Below, one piece after another: positions 45,801-63,797 of a stretch of DNA of 64,000 nt. The notes beneath the pieces are model-generated. The model saw nothing but the letters and a program-made list of their open reading frames with translations. It did not search any database and was not told the origin of the DNA. The stretch is taken from the NCBI RefSeq assembly GCF_009914755.1, contig NC_060926.1; one strand, given 5' to 3'. The position numbers and the translations under genes were made by a program. Each line of letters starts with the position of its first letter. Position 1 is the stretch's first letter. The DNA comes from the human T2T-CHM13v2.0 reference genome, Homo sapiens.

Positions 45801-47565
45801 CATCCAGTTTTGTTCCCTTGCTGGCAAGGAGCGTGATTCTTTGGAGGAGAAGAGGTGCTCTGTTTTTTTGGAATTTTCAGCTTTTCTGCTCTGGTTTCTC
45901 CCCATCTTTGTGGTTTTATCTACCTTTGGTCTTTGATGTTGGTGACCTACAGATGGGGTTTTGATGTGGATGTCCTTTTTGTTGATGTTGATGCTATTCT
46001 TTTCTGTTTGTTAGTTTTCCTTCTAACTGTCAGACCCTTCAGCTGCAGTCTGCTGGAGTTTGCTGGAGGTCCACTCCAGACGCTGTTTGCTTGGGTATCA
46101 CCAGTGGGGACTCCAGAACGGCAAATATTGCTGCTTGATCCTTCTCTGGAAGCTTCATCCCAGAGGGGCACCCGACTGTTTGAGGTGTCTGTTGGCCCCT
46201 ACTGGGAGGTATTTCCCAGTCAGGCTACATGGGGATCAGGGACCCACTTGAGGAAGCAGTCTGTTTGTTCTCGGAGCTCAAATGCTGTGCTGAGAGAACC
46301 ACTGCTCTCTTCAGTGCTGTCAGACAGGGACGTTTAAGTCTGCAGAAGCTGTCTGCTTCCTTTTGTTCTACTATGTCCTGCCCCCAGAGGTGGAATCTAG
46401 AGAGGCAGTAGGCCTTGCTAAGCTGTGGTGGGTCCACCCAGTTCATGCTTCCCAGCCTCTTTGTTTACACTGTGAGCTACTCAAGCCTCAGCAATAGTGG
46501 ATGCCCCACCCTCCCAACAAGCTGCAGAGTCACAGGTCGATCTGAGACTGCTGCACTAGCAGTAAGCAAGCCTCCATGGGCATGAGAACTGCCAAGCCAG
46601 GCACGGGAGGGTATCTCCTGGTCTGCTGGTTGCTAAGACTGTGGGAAAAGTGCAGTATTTGGTCAGGAGTGTACCGTTTCACCAGGTACAGTCTGTCACG
46701 GCTTCTCTTGGCTATGAAAGGGAAATCCCCTGACCCTTGTGCTTCCCAGGTGAGGCAATGCCCCTCCCTACTTCATCTTGCCCTCTGTGGGCTGCAACCA
46801 CTATCCAACCAGTTCCAATGAGATGAACCAGGTACCTCAGTTGGAAATGCAGAAATCATCCATCTTCTGCATCAGTCTCACTGGGAGCTGCAGACCAGAG
46901 CTGTTCCTATTTGGCCATCTTGGAAGTGACCTGTCAAAATGATACCTAAATTCCCATGTTTATTGCAGCATTATTCACAATAGCCAAGATATGAAATCAA
47001 CCTAAGTATTAATCAACAGATGAATGGATAAAGAAAATATGATATATACACACAAAAGAATACTATTTAGCCAGAAAAGAAGGAAATTCTGGCATTTATG
47101 ACAACATGAATGAACATGGAGGACATTATGTTAAGTGAAATAAGCCAGCACAGAGAGACAAATACTGCATTGTCTCACTCATATGTGGAACCTAAAAAGA
47201 GTTGATCTTGTAGAAGTAGAGAGTGGAATGGTGGGCTGGGGTGGTTGGAGGGGAGGGTGGGTTTGGGAGATGTTAGTTAAAGGATACAAAATTACAGTTA
47301 GATAGGAGGAATAAGTTCAATAGACCTATTGTATAGTATGGTGACTATAGTTAATAACAATATATTGTATTCTTAAAAACACAAAAAAGTGAGTGTTTTC
47401 ACCAGAAAAACGATAGCTATGTGAAGTAGTACATTTATTAATTAGATAGATTTAACCATTCCACAAGGTATAAATACTTCAAAACATCATGTTCTACATA
47501 ACGGATACATACAATTTTATCTGTCAGTTAAAAAAATAAAAACGTACAAAAAATTTAATTAAAAA
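39893..47565 (+). mobile_element. 5'-truncated L1MA-type element (39893-40858 and 46932-47565) split by a younger L1
   Basis: ORF 40113-40505 is L1 ORF2 ('KLDPYLLPYAKINPKWIKDL..'). Sequence resumes after 46947 with 'cccatgtttattgcagcattattcacaatagcc' and an L1MA-like 3'UTR. Confidence 0.9.
40859..46931 (-). mobile_element. Full-length (~6.1 kb) L1PA6/7-like LINE, non-coding
   Basis: 5'UTR, ORF1 pieces (45603-45905, 44825-45592), endonuclease (43627-44631), RT and C-terminal pieces. 16-bp TSD tgtcaaaatgatatct (40843-40858) / tgtcaaaatgatacct (46932-46947). A small deletion near 42777 removes the RT FADD motif. Confidence 0.96.
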
Positions 47566-48159
47566 ATAGAGTATCAACTATTTAAATACCAAAGTCTCTG
47601 TTTCCCTCAAATCTAGGGTTTCAGGGAAAGATAGAGAGTGATTTAATTCTATGAATGGAACTTTTTGCTTTCTCCTTAGCCCCAAGTTTCTATCAAGTAT
47701 CTCAGTCAGTTTCTGTAGTCAGAGACACAGGTAAGTGAGGATAAATGACTCTCAGACCTGGACGCAATAGAAAACTCATCTCAGTTGAACCTCCCTAATG
47801 GGGTGGGGGCAGGGGACAGAGTGGGTCCAAGTGGTGAAAGGTCATCTAAAATACTTCACTGCTTAAGGGACTTTGTCCAGGACAGTTTGACCTCCAGTGA
47901 GAGAGACCTCAGAGCATCAGGGCAGGACGAAGCTAAGGAAGAAGTCCTTAGGTGCACAGTGACACCCAGTAATCAGTGTCCAGGACAATTGTCTTGCTGG
48001 CTTTCCAACTTTGTGGTTAAGGGCTTCAGATCATAGCCAATGATGAAACAATCCTATCACTTTAACCAGGAACCCAATTCCCTCTCCACAAATCTGAAAG
48101 ACAAACCAACACACTCAGGCAGCCAGACATTTTAGTCATCAGACATCTTTGGTTTCAAA

Positions 48160-49460
48160 ATGGATATTTTTTATTTTTGAAAGTTTCAAACATAAAGAAG
48201 AGTGGAGAAAACTGCATCATGAACACTCATATACTCATCATTTTAAATTTAAAATTGTTAATATTTTGCCATATTAATTCCTTTCAGTTTTCTTCTGCTA
48301 AAGCATTTTAGAGTAAATAACAGATCTTACATGTTGTCTTACAATATCATACCCCTATGTATTTTATTATGCATCTTGAAAAGGAAGTTTTTGTGCTATT
48401 TATTTATTGCTAATAAAATTTATTTATTTCTAATAAAATTCATAATAGTCTCCTAATATCACTTAATACCTAGTCTATATTCAAATTTTCCAGTGATCTC
48501 CCCAAAATGAGCTCTATAATGTGTTTATTCAAACCAATGTCCAATGAAGTACCATACATTACATTTGATTAATGTGCCTCTTAAGTCTCTTTTAATTAAG
48601 AACAGACAACCCCTCCCTTTATTATCTTGCTGGAGAAACAATTAAACTGCCTTGTAGAACAGACACATTTGGGATTTATCAATTTCTTTATGGCTTTATT
48701 TCATTTTCTCCCTATATCCTCTGCATTTTCTGTAAGCTGAAGTTAGTTCTAAAGGTGTAATTAGATTCTGGGTAAACATCCTAGGCAAGAGTACCTCATA
48801 GATGATGCTGTATAAGTCACCATACATAACATCCAGAGACAGCACATGTCATCTGCATTTGCCACCATTAGGGATGTTGATTTGATGACTAAGAGGCTGA
48901 TTATCAGATTCCTCCAATATAAAGTTACATTTTTCCCTTGGAATCAGCTCTAGGTCTGAGTGGGACTATTTTGTGACAATCCAGTTCTCTGCCGCTTTCT
49001 GTTTTTTAGCAGACAGTCTTCAGTAAGGAAGAGCTTTCCCTTAAAAACTGGGACTATGGGGTTGTCCTGATACACAGTCCCTACTGGAAAGACAGACTAT
49101 GTGTTTGATTCTTTTTCTTTAGCTACCAATATCTAGAGTAAGAAGTTGCTCTAGCAGTGACCCCCATGTTAGTAAGCAAGGTTTTGCTTTGTTTTGGATT
49201 TTTCTCAGTAAAGTTAAAGACAGGTTGATTTTTACATGTTTTATGTGTTTCCATCATTTATAGTCCTTTTTCTTTTTGATCCTCAACTGTCCCAACTTTG
49301 GCTACTGGAAGCCTTTCCAGACTGGCTCCTGTGTCCTTTTGACATGACCTCATTAGTCTTTGAGTGCTTACTTGCTTTCTGCAAAACATGTCATTCCAGG
49401 CTTACCTTATTCATTCTCTGCCCTAGATCTGCAATCAGCCGTCTCCTCAAAGTGTCCTGC
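48160..49460 (-). mobile_element. Ancient L1MC/L1ME 3'UTR fragment
   Basis: 'gaaagtttcaaacataaagaagagtggaga..atgaacactcatatactcatc' and 'gatcctcaactgtcccaactttggc..tggctcctgtgtccttttgacatg'. Confidence 0.65.
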
Positions 49461-49524
49461 AGCTGAGGTTGCCAGCCATTTCAGATACATAATTCATCTT
49501 GTCAACAGATAACACAAACTTATC

Positions 49525-49807
49525 ATACTGATAAATACAGTACAATACAGTAAACATATTCTCTCTTTTTTATGATTTTCATAATAACGTTTTCTTTTTT
49601 CTAGCTTACTTTATTGTAAGGATACAGTATGTAATACATATAACAGGAAAAGTATTTGTTAATTGACTTTTGATGTTATTGGTAAGGCTTCTGGTCAACA
49701 CTAGATACTAGAAGTTAAGTTTTGGGAGAGTGAAAAGTTATACACAGATTTTCAACTATGTAGGGGTTGGTGCCCCTAACTCCCATGTTGTTCAAGGCCT
49801 AACTGTA
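49525..49807 (+). mobile_element. Tigger2-type 3' fragment
   Basis: 'ctagcttactttattgtaag..ggtaaggcttctggtcaaca..cccctaactcccatgttgttcaagg..aactgta'. Confidence 0.8.
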
Positions 49808-50234
49808 ACAGCAAATCAAAGCCAGTGGGGTGTGTGCGTGTGTATGTGTTGTGTGTGTGTGCATGTATTAGCAGTCCTTGTTTTGCACCGTAGCACGGGA
49901 CCCTAAAAGTGACTGTGCATGCTGAAACCCTGTAAAGTAATTTTAATTATCAATGGAGAAATCACAATTGTTCTGTGACCTTTAAAATTTTTTTGTGAAG
50001 ACATTAAAAACTATCTTACTGTTGGTTATGAATATATAGGAAAATGGTGAGGGAAAACAGTAAAACTAATATTTATTTAGTACACTGTAATTTAAAACCT
50101 TAGTAATATTGAGAATTGTCTTATTTCTTTGAAAAAACCACTTATCAAGCACAGTTGGAATAGTGCTTGTCTTCTTCACGTCACATAATTTAGGATATAG
50201 AGTGAGATTCTGTTTAATGCGTTGGTGAAGGTAA

Positions 50235-50906
50235 TGAAGTGGCCTCATTGACTGGGGTGATACCTGAGGTTCATTGTCTCATGCCAAGAAAATCAAGGAT
50301 GTGAACACACAAGGAGCAAGATTAAAATCAGAAGTTTAATAGGCAAAAGAGAGGAGCTCTATGAAGCAGAGAGGGGTCCCAAAAAAATGGGTTGCTGGAT
50401 CCGTGGCAAAATGCAGGGGGGTTTTATAGAAGCCCGGTGAGGAGGTGGTGCCTGATTTACATTGGGCAAAAAAGATTGGTTGGACTAGATGTGCCATTTA
50501 TGTAAGGTGTGAAAAACTGGTTAAGGCTAGGTGTGCTGTTTGCATAGGGCACGAAAAGCTGGCTGTCCCCACCCTAATCTTTTATTATGCAATTGGATCC
50601 TATGCCTGCTGGTGCCATGTTGCCTGTTTCTTTATTGTACATGTGGTAACAAACAAAGGGAAGATGGAGCATCCATGTTGGATATGTCTGTCCTCCAGGC
50701 AGCCCTTTTCTATTGGCACAGCTTCCAGCATTCACCCATGCAAGCTTCCACCTTGCTTATCTATATTTGCAGCTCAATTTTTCAGACTGCTCTTTGTTAA
50801 AAAAGAAACGATTTGGGGGGATGCTTTTTGTTTAAAAGGAAGCCCTGCTGAGGACTCTTTTACCTTCACTATCTGCCTAAATAATTCCTTTCTATCTCCT
50901 CTATCA
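50235..50906 (-). repeat. 3' LTR (LTR9-like), complete
   Basis: Minus strand starts 'tgatagaggagatagaaagg' and ends 'gaggccacttca'. Homologous to 57656-58282. Confidence 0.93.
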
Positions 50907-51068
50907 TATTTCCCCTCTCAGGAGTGGTAACCCTAACTGCTGTTAGGGGGTGTTGGATGACGACTCTTTCTGGCTACTTCCTGCTGAAAAGGGGTGTTGT
51001 GTGGGGAAAAACAGCTAGGGCTCCTCCTGGGGTCAATCTAAGCATCCTCAGAAGAAAGGTGTGTCCAT

Positions 51069-51340
51069 TCATGGTTCCATCTGCAGCACCATTTGGAGTT
51101 TAATAACTTCTAAGTGAGAAGAGATAAATTTTACAAGAAGATTTAGAATATAGGGCTCGAATATGAGTATTAAGATTACCATTATTAGTGGGGGTAGTAT
51201 AGGCCATAACCATGACAATAGGGTTTGACAGCTGTTAGCCATTCCGATTGGTTGTAATACTAGTTTGCCTCCACCAGATGTCGCTGTACTTTACCAGAAG
51301 CGTTAATATAAAAGCAATGTTTTTCTTAGGATAAGTGACA
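51069..51340 (-). pseudogene. env: env transmembrane-subunit remnant
   Basis: Reads 'CHLS*EKHCFYINASGKV' (degenerate CX6CC) then 'SWLWPILPPLIMVILILIFEPYILNLLVKFISSHLEVIKLQMVLQMEP*', like HERV-W-type TM and cytoplasmic tails. No SU or fusion peptide found. Confidence 0.85.
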
Positions 51341-51380
51341 TTGGATTGGGTGGCTAGAGTAACTTTAGTGTTAATTTTGG

Positions 51381-51566
51381 CTAAATCTTTCCTGTAATTA
51401 TTATATAATTACTTGTTACAAACATGATAATTAGGCAGAATATTACAGCAATTAAAATTTTGCAACCAGAATTCCACATTGCAGGTGCCACAGTGTATAG
51501 TCCTACTGCAAATAGTAGAGTGAGTATAGCAGTTCCCACAAGAGTGGCATAATACATAATTTCCAT
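51381..51566 (-). CDS. Putative 61-aa hydrophobic micro-ORF with two predicted TM segments, between pol and the env remnant
   Basis: Open ATG-to-TAG frame 'MEIMYYATLVGTAILTLLFAVGLYTVAPAMWNSGCKILIAVIFCLIIMFVTSNYIIITGKI'. Expression unknown. Confidence 0.25.
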   Translation of the reverse strand: MEIMYYATLVGTAILTLLFAVGLYTVAPAMWNSGCKILIAVIFCLIIMFVTSNYIIITGKI

Positions 51567-51784
51567 CTAAAATTTTACTGACTAAGATATAGAATTTCCC
51601 TTGGGGGGTTTATGAATTTACAAATTTAATCCCATGGATAATCAAAATCTTCCTGCAAGTATGCACCAAAAAGAAGTTCTAATATCTGACAGTGAATTTT
51701 GAGAGGAAATGTAGAAATGACCAGAAGTATCTGATAAGTTAGGGGTGAGACTTAGTAGGATGAGTAACCCTTACTCATTTACTT

Positions 51785-55039
<3,255 letters not shown>

Positions 55040-55040
<1 letters not shown>

Positions 55041-55320
55041 AATGTCTCTACCTAATAAAGGAGTGAGACTTTCAGGCATAATTAAGAAGTCATGTGTAAA
55101 TAGTAGCCTCCCCCCACCCCCCCCCCCCCCCCACAACTAAAACTAAGAGGTTGAGGAAAATTTTGGGTTAGAACCTTTCCTGAGATGCCCATCACAGTCA
55201 TGCTATGGGAAGAGGGGAGGCCTGGATTAGAGAGGAAAAGAGAGAGGCTGACTCCAATGTCCAGAAGGAGGTCTACTTTTCTTCCTTCAATTTCCAGAAT
55301 CACCTGGGGCTCCTGTGCAA
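55040..55320 (-). pseudogene. pro: Retroviral protease, inactivated
   Basis: 'VILEIEGRKVDLLLDIGVSLS' (DTG changed to DIG). Frame broken at an expanded poly-C/G run at 55110-55132. Confidence 0.85.
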
Positions 55321-55364
55321 TAATGGCAGTTTGAGCTGCTGGTGCCAGGGTTTTGAGCCCCGGA

Positions 55365-56700
55365 ACCTATCAGTCCTTTTGGACCATCTGTGAGACTGGC
55401 TCCTAACCCAGTGACTTCCATCTCCAAGGGCACTCCAATCTCCAGTGGTCCCTGCCACAGGCTGAACAGGGTTGAGGTGGCTTCTTCTTGCTCCCTGGGC
55501 ACTCCTTCTTAAAGTGCCCTGACTTGCCACACTGGTAGCAACTAGCAGATGCACCTCAGGGATCCTGGATCTTGCAAGCCTGCAAAGCAGCTACTAGAGC
55601 CTTTGTCCTTCTTTTGTGTTTCTTCTCTTTCTCCTTGGCCTCCTCCTTAACCCTGTTATAAAAGACCGAGGTGGCCATCCTCAGGAGGTTTTCCAAGGTG
55701 CTGTCTGGTCCTAAAGCCTGCTTCTGCAGTTTCCTTCTAATATTGGGAGATGCCTGTGTAATAAATTGTACTTTGGTGTTATCTGTCCCTCATCTGAATC
55801 AGGGGATAAGGATATGTGTTTTATTAGCGCCTCTCTCAGCCTGCCCATAAAGGCCAAGTGATTCTCATCTGGCTTCCGGTCTATCATGGACAATTTAGAT
55901 TAATTAAGAGATTTGGCCCTAGTTCCTTGTAGGCCCTCCAATATGCACATTAAAAAGTGTTTTCTCTCCCATTCATCTGTGGAGTCACTGGGGTCTCAAT
56001 CAGGGTTGTCAAGAGTTACTGCCTCTCTTCCTATTGGGAATAATGATTCTCCTATTTCTTCATTTTCCCTATTTTCTCTTTTCCTTTTTGTCCCACTATA
56101 GGAGACATATTGCTCACCTCTGAATTTCTCTGCTGCCTGCAGAGCTGCCTGTTTTTTAGCTGTGGTTAGGGTTTGGCAGCAGCATAACATCCCATCATGA
56201 GAGTCAAACATCTGAGTTAAATTTTGGAAAGCGTCTATATACCTATTGGGATCATCAGAAAATCTGCATAAGTCTCCCTTTATTTGCCTAAGGTCCTGCA
56301 ATGAGAAGGGAACTTGAACCCTAGTGGCAACACCTTCATTGGACATTTCCTGTAGGGGTAAGAGTGAAGCTGGAGGAATGAAGAGTTTTGACGATGGTGG
56401 AGCTGGAGGAGCTGATGGTGTAATTGGAGGGGGCTCCAAATAAAGAGGACAAGAAGGTCTGGGACACCCAATAGCTGCCTCAGATAATTCCCCCAGAAGT
56501 TGCTTTTCTAGTTTTGGGGAATCACTCCCTTTGGGCCTGCATGATATGACTGCTAAGAGCTGAGTCAATTGCATAATGCCTTCAAAGGTCTAGCAAGAAG
56601 GACATGCCCTTGTGTAAAGCAAAGTTTCAGGGTTAAAGTAGTCTCACTGTTTCAGAAGGTACTCCAGAGGTGTGCAGACTAAAGATGGCTAGAAAGATAC
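55365..56700 (-). pseudogene. gag: gag (partial MA, CA, NC), decayed
   Basis: 'RVQVPFSLQDLRQIKGDLCRFSDDPNRYIDAFQNLTQ', major-homology-region-like 'DENHLAFMGRLREALIKH', and zinc knuckle 'CYQCGKSGHFKKEC' (~55500-55540). Confidence 0.92.
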
Positions 56701-57655
56701 AGGAGACAAGGTGTCCCTCATTCCCGTCCTTCCTTTAGAATGGTCCAGGGTGGAAGGGAAGACAGTGGGGATGTCCCCCCAACTGTTTTCCCTCCTTGGT
56801 TCTCTGAGCCCTGGCACACATTAAAAGTGCCACCTGTGGACGCAAGTGTGACCCTCAGCCATGGATCCAGAGGAACTAAGATATGGAGTTAGTCACGCTT
56901 ACCCATGCAGCTCTAGTCCCTCTGTTGGTGATTTCCCTTTGACTTCCTACACTTGTGTGATCTGCATGGCTCCCCAGTAGATGGATCTCAGGAAACACTA
57001 CACAACAACCAGATTTGGACAAGGCCCCTTAATGGAGGAAGTCTACTGGGTTAAGCTCTACATTCTGCTATTATGGGCTGGACTGGAGTATTTATTCTTA
57101 TGCAGTGGTTCTGGTTAACTTCCATACATATCCTCTTACTATTGAAGTACCATTTTAATTGAAGGCAGAAGAGGTGCCTTAAAAGAATGTAGGGACTGAG
57201 TGGTGGTTTTCCTGCTGATGGGACAGTATTGGGGCTCAAATTTGGTTTTGGAGGACATTTTTCTCCTCATTGTTGAGTTTTCCCATTCACAGATGGGGTA
57301 TAAAGCCTGTTCTCTAGTAGAGGGGTGCAAAAAGGGAGGAGAATTGGGAAACTGAGTGTTTTGGCAAAGGGATGACAATGTGCCTCATGGAGAGGATTCC
57401 TATTCCACTAGGTGGCATTGTAGGACTTGAAATACCACGTGTTTTCAGGAGAAAGGATAGAGAGAGACGTTCATGGGTGAAGGGGAGGAAACCCTCGGTT
57501 CCTAGAAAATCACAAAAGCAGCAATCCCTTGAGCTATATTCCCAGTTACTGCAGTATTTCCTGATCTTGCCTAACAGGATTATTTCCCTGAACCATAGAA
57601 ATTCCCACAGCATTGCACACAGAGAGTGGATAGGAGACATGGCAGTCTGTGGATA

Positions 57656-58282
57656 GAAGACATCAAGATGCAGACACACAAGGAGTGAGGTTAAGAGCAG
57701 AAGTTTAATAGGCAGAAGTAAGAGAAAAGCTCTATGAAGCAGAGAGGAGTCCCAAAAAATGGGTCACCAGATTCGTGGCTAAATGCAGGGGGTTTTATAG
57801 ATGTGTGGTGAGGAGGCAGTGTCTAATTTACATAGGGCACAAAAAATTGGTTGGATTAGGTGTGCCATTTGCATAAGGTGTGAAAAACTGGCTAGGGCTA
57901 GGTGTGCCATTTGCATAAGGCACAAAAAGCTGGCTTCCCCCACCCTAATCTTTTATTATGCAGATGGGTCTTCTGCCTGGCCAGCACCATGTTGCCTGCT
58001 TTTTTACTGCACGTGTGGTAACAAAAAAAAAAGGGAAGATGGAACCTCCATGTTGGATATGTCTGGCCTCCAGGTAGCCCTTTTCTACTGGCACATATTC
58101 CAGCATAAACCTGTGCAAACTTCTAGCTTGCTTATCTATGTTTGCAGCTCAATTTTTAAGGCTGATCTTTGTTAGAAAAGAAATGATTTGGGAGGATGCT
58201 TTTTGTTAAAAAGAGAAGCCCTGCTGAGGACTCTTTTACCTTCACTACCTGCCCAAATAATTTCTTTCTATCTCCTGTATCA
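57656..58282 (-). repeat. 5' LTR (LTR9-like), U5 end deleted
   Basis: Matches the 3' LTR from its U3 start ('tgatacaggagatagaaag') but homology stops ~55 nt before the U5 end. Confidence 0.92.
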
Positions 58283-60269
58283 GTAAGACTTACATCTAGA
58301 GTCTTGCAAACAACAGCAGTGTCAACATCTCCACAATCATTTCTTCTACAATTCTATTTATGTTCAATTTAAATTCAATTTCCAGTGTTATCACCTCTTT
58401 TTTCTTTTCTGGACTTTCATCTTTGTTGGTCAATTCCATCTTTCAATTTCCCATTTTTTAAAATATCACATGGATACATAACTGAGAGTCAAGGAAGTGA
58501 TAAAACTATAGAGAGCTTTGCTCTCTGTGTCTGAACTACATAACAGAAGCTCAGTGAACAATTATAAGCTTACTTTGAAAAAAGTGATGTGATTAGTCAC
58601 TGATCATGATGTGCATCTGTTATTTATGTAGTTATTTGTGGACTGAATTGCTAGCAGCAAAGTTTATACTTTATGCAATTACTCACAGCTAATATACCAT
58701 GATAACAGAAATTTAGCTAGTGGAAATTCATGCATATTGGAACCATGCAAAGTGAGGAGTTCCTGTATATTATAATTGTACTGCTTCTATATTCCTGATA
58801 AAAAGATGAGGACGATAAAAACTCCAAAATGGGTGCCATGCTATACTGACATTCACCCTCTCTGGTGATGCTTGGTTCTTTCAGAGAACACTTTGAAGCA
58901 GTATTCTTGAAGCCAAGGAACCAGGAGCTCAGGCCCAGGAGGAGGTTTTCAAATGCTGCGTGGCCAGTACAAACCCAAGGCTCATGTGATTAATGTGTAA
59001 ATCCTCCCTCATAGACACTCATCATTGGCATCAAAGGTCACTTTTGGAGACTCATCATGACTAAGGACTTATCTCTCTCCATCATAGCTCTCCTGCATAT
59101 TATGAAAAGCAGCTAACCTGAGAGACACAGGGAGAGAGGTTTACCTTTGTATATTTGATTACTGTTAAGCCCTGGAACCAGACTTGAGATGCCCCAATGC
59201 CTTCTTCCACAGTGCCAACATGCACAACTAAGACAGTCAAGTTTCCTTAGATTCTGCAGGCCAAATTAGTCTTCTTAACCACATTCTCCAGGTTGCCAAC
59301 AAAGGCAACATTAAGCCACTGGAAGTCTGGTAACATAGTGACACAAGGGAACCCAGTTTTTAATACAACATGTTCCATTCATCATCGAATGGATTGGTTG
59401 TGACTTCTGGTTTTCATTGATGTCTTATTAAAACATATTTTTCCCTTCACTTAGCTGATGTTTTAAGGGGTTGCTTTTGGAAGTCTAATTTGTACTATTC
59501 CAGGGTTAAAATGTCCCACTGGAAAAACCGTCTTTAGCTTAATTATGAAGATTAACAGGAAAGTATTTCTAATCCCTAATGTTTGCTTCTGAGCCAGCTT
59601 TTCATAAACACACCTATATCTCATATCAATAAATTAATAAGGCAATCCCATCCACTTATCACTACCATCACCAAATCTGCCTTCACTTACCACTTACAGG
59701 GATAACTACGGATCCCTCTTTCATTATCCCAAAGCTAGTGGAAAGGCTTTGGGATAATGAATAAGAGGACAAATAAGAGGACTAATATGACTGTCCTCTG
59801 AGCAGAGGGGTCCCTCACAGAGCACAGTGGGGTCTGAGACAAGCGCTAGGCTCTTCCAGATACTACTAGGAAAAGAAAGCACAAGTAGGTTCCAACCACT
59901 TTAAAGGTGTTTTGTTGCAAGTGTGGTTTTGTTTATTTTTTTCATCTAACCATGTGGAAATCTCTTGATCCTGCCCTTCAAACCTAGATTGACAATTTCA
60001 TATGACTTAGAGCAATAGATTAGATATAGGAAAGGGTGGTATGTAACACAACTAGACGGTCTCAGATTAAACCCTCCAATCGGGGCATCCCCCAAGAAGA
60101 AGCATGTGTGAGACTGACTGAAATGGAACCCATCCCATTTCAACACATGCCCAACCTGGCCTGATGCTTTACACTCAGAGACAAGAATCTGAAAGCCCTG
60201 AGGTCACTTCATCTGCTATTTGGGAGACTTTCTATCTGTATAAGTAAGAGAGGCAATGTAAGAAAGACT

Positions 60270-63797
<3,528 letters not shown>

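Noticed and set aside
41668-45905. Long ORFs (268, 334 and 255 aa) as functional genes or an active L1
   Set aside because: They are pieces of L1 ORF1/ORF2 separated by frameshifts, and the RT FADD motif is deleted near 42777.
51069-51340. Syncytin-like co-opted env
   Set aside because: Only a TM remnant with stops is present, the CX6CC motif is broken, and there is no SU, furin site or fusion peptide.
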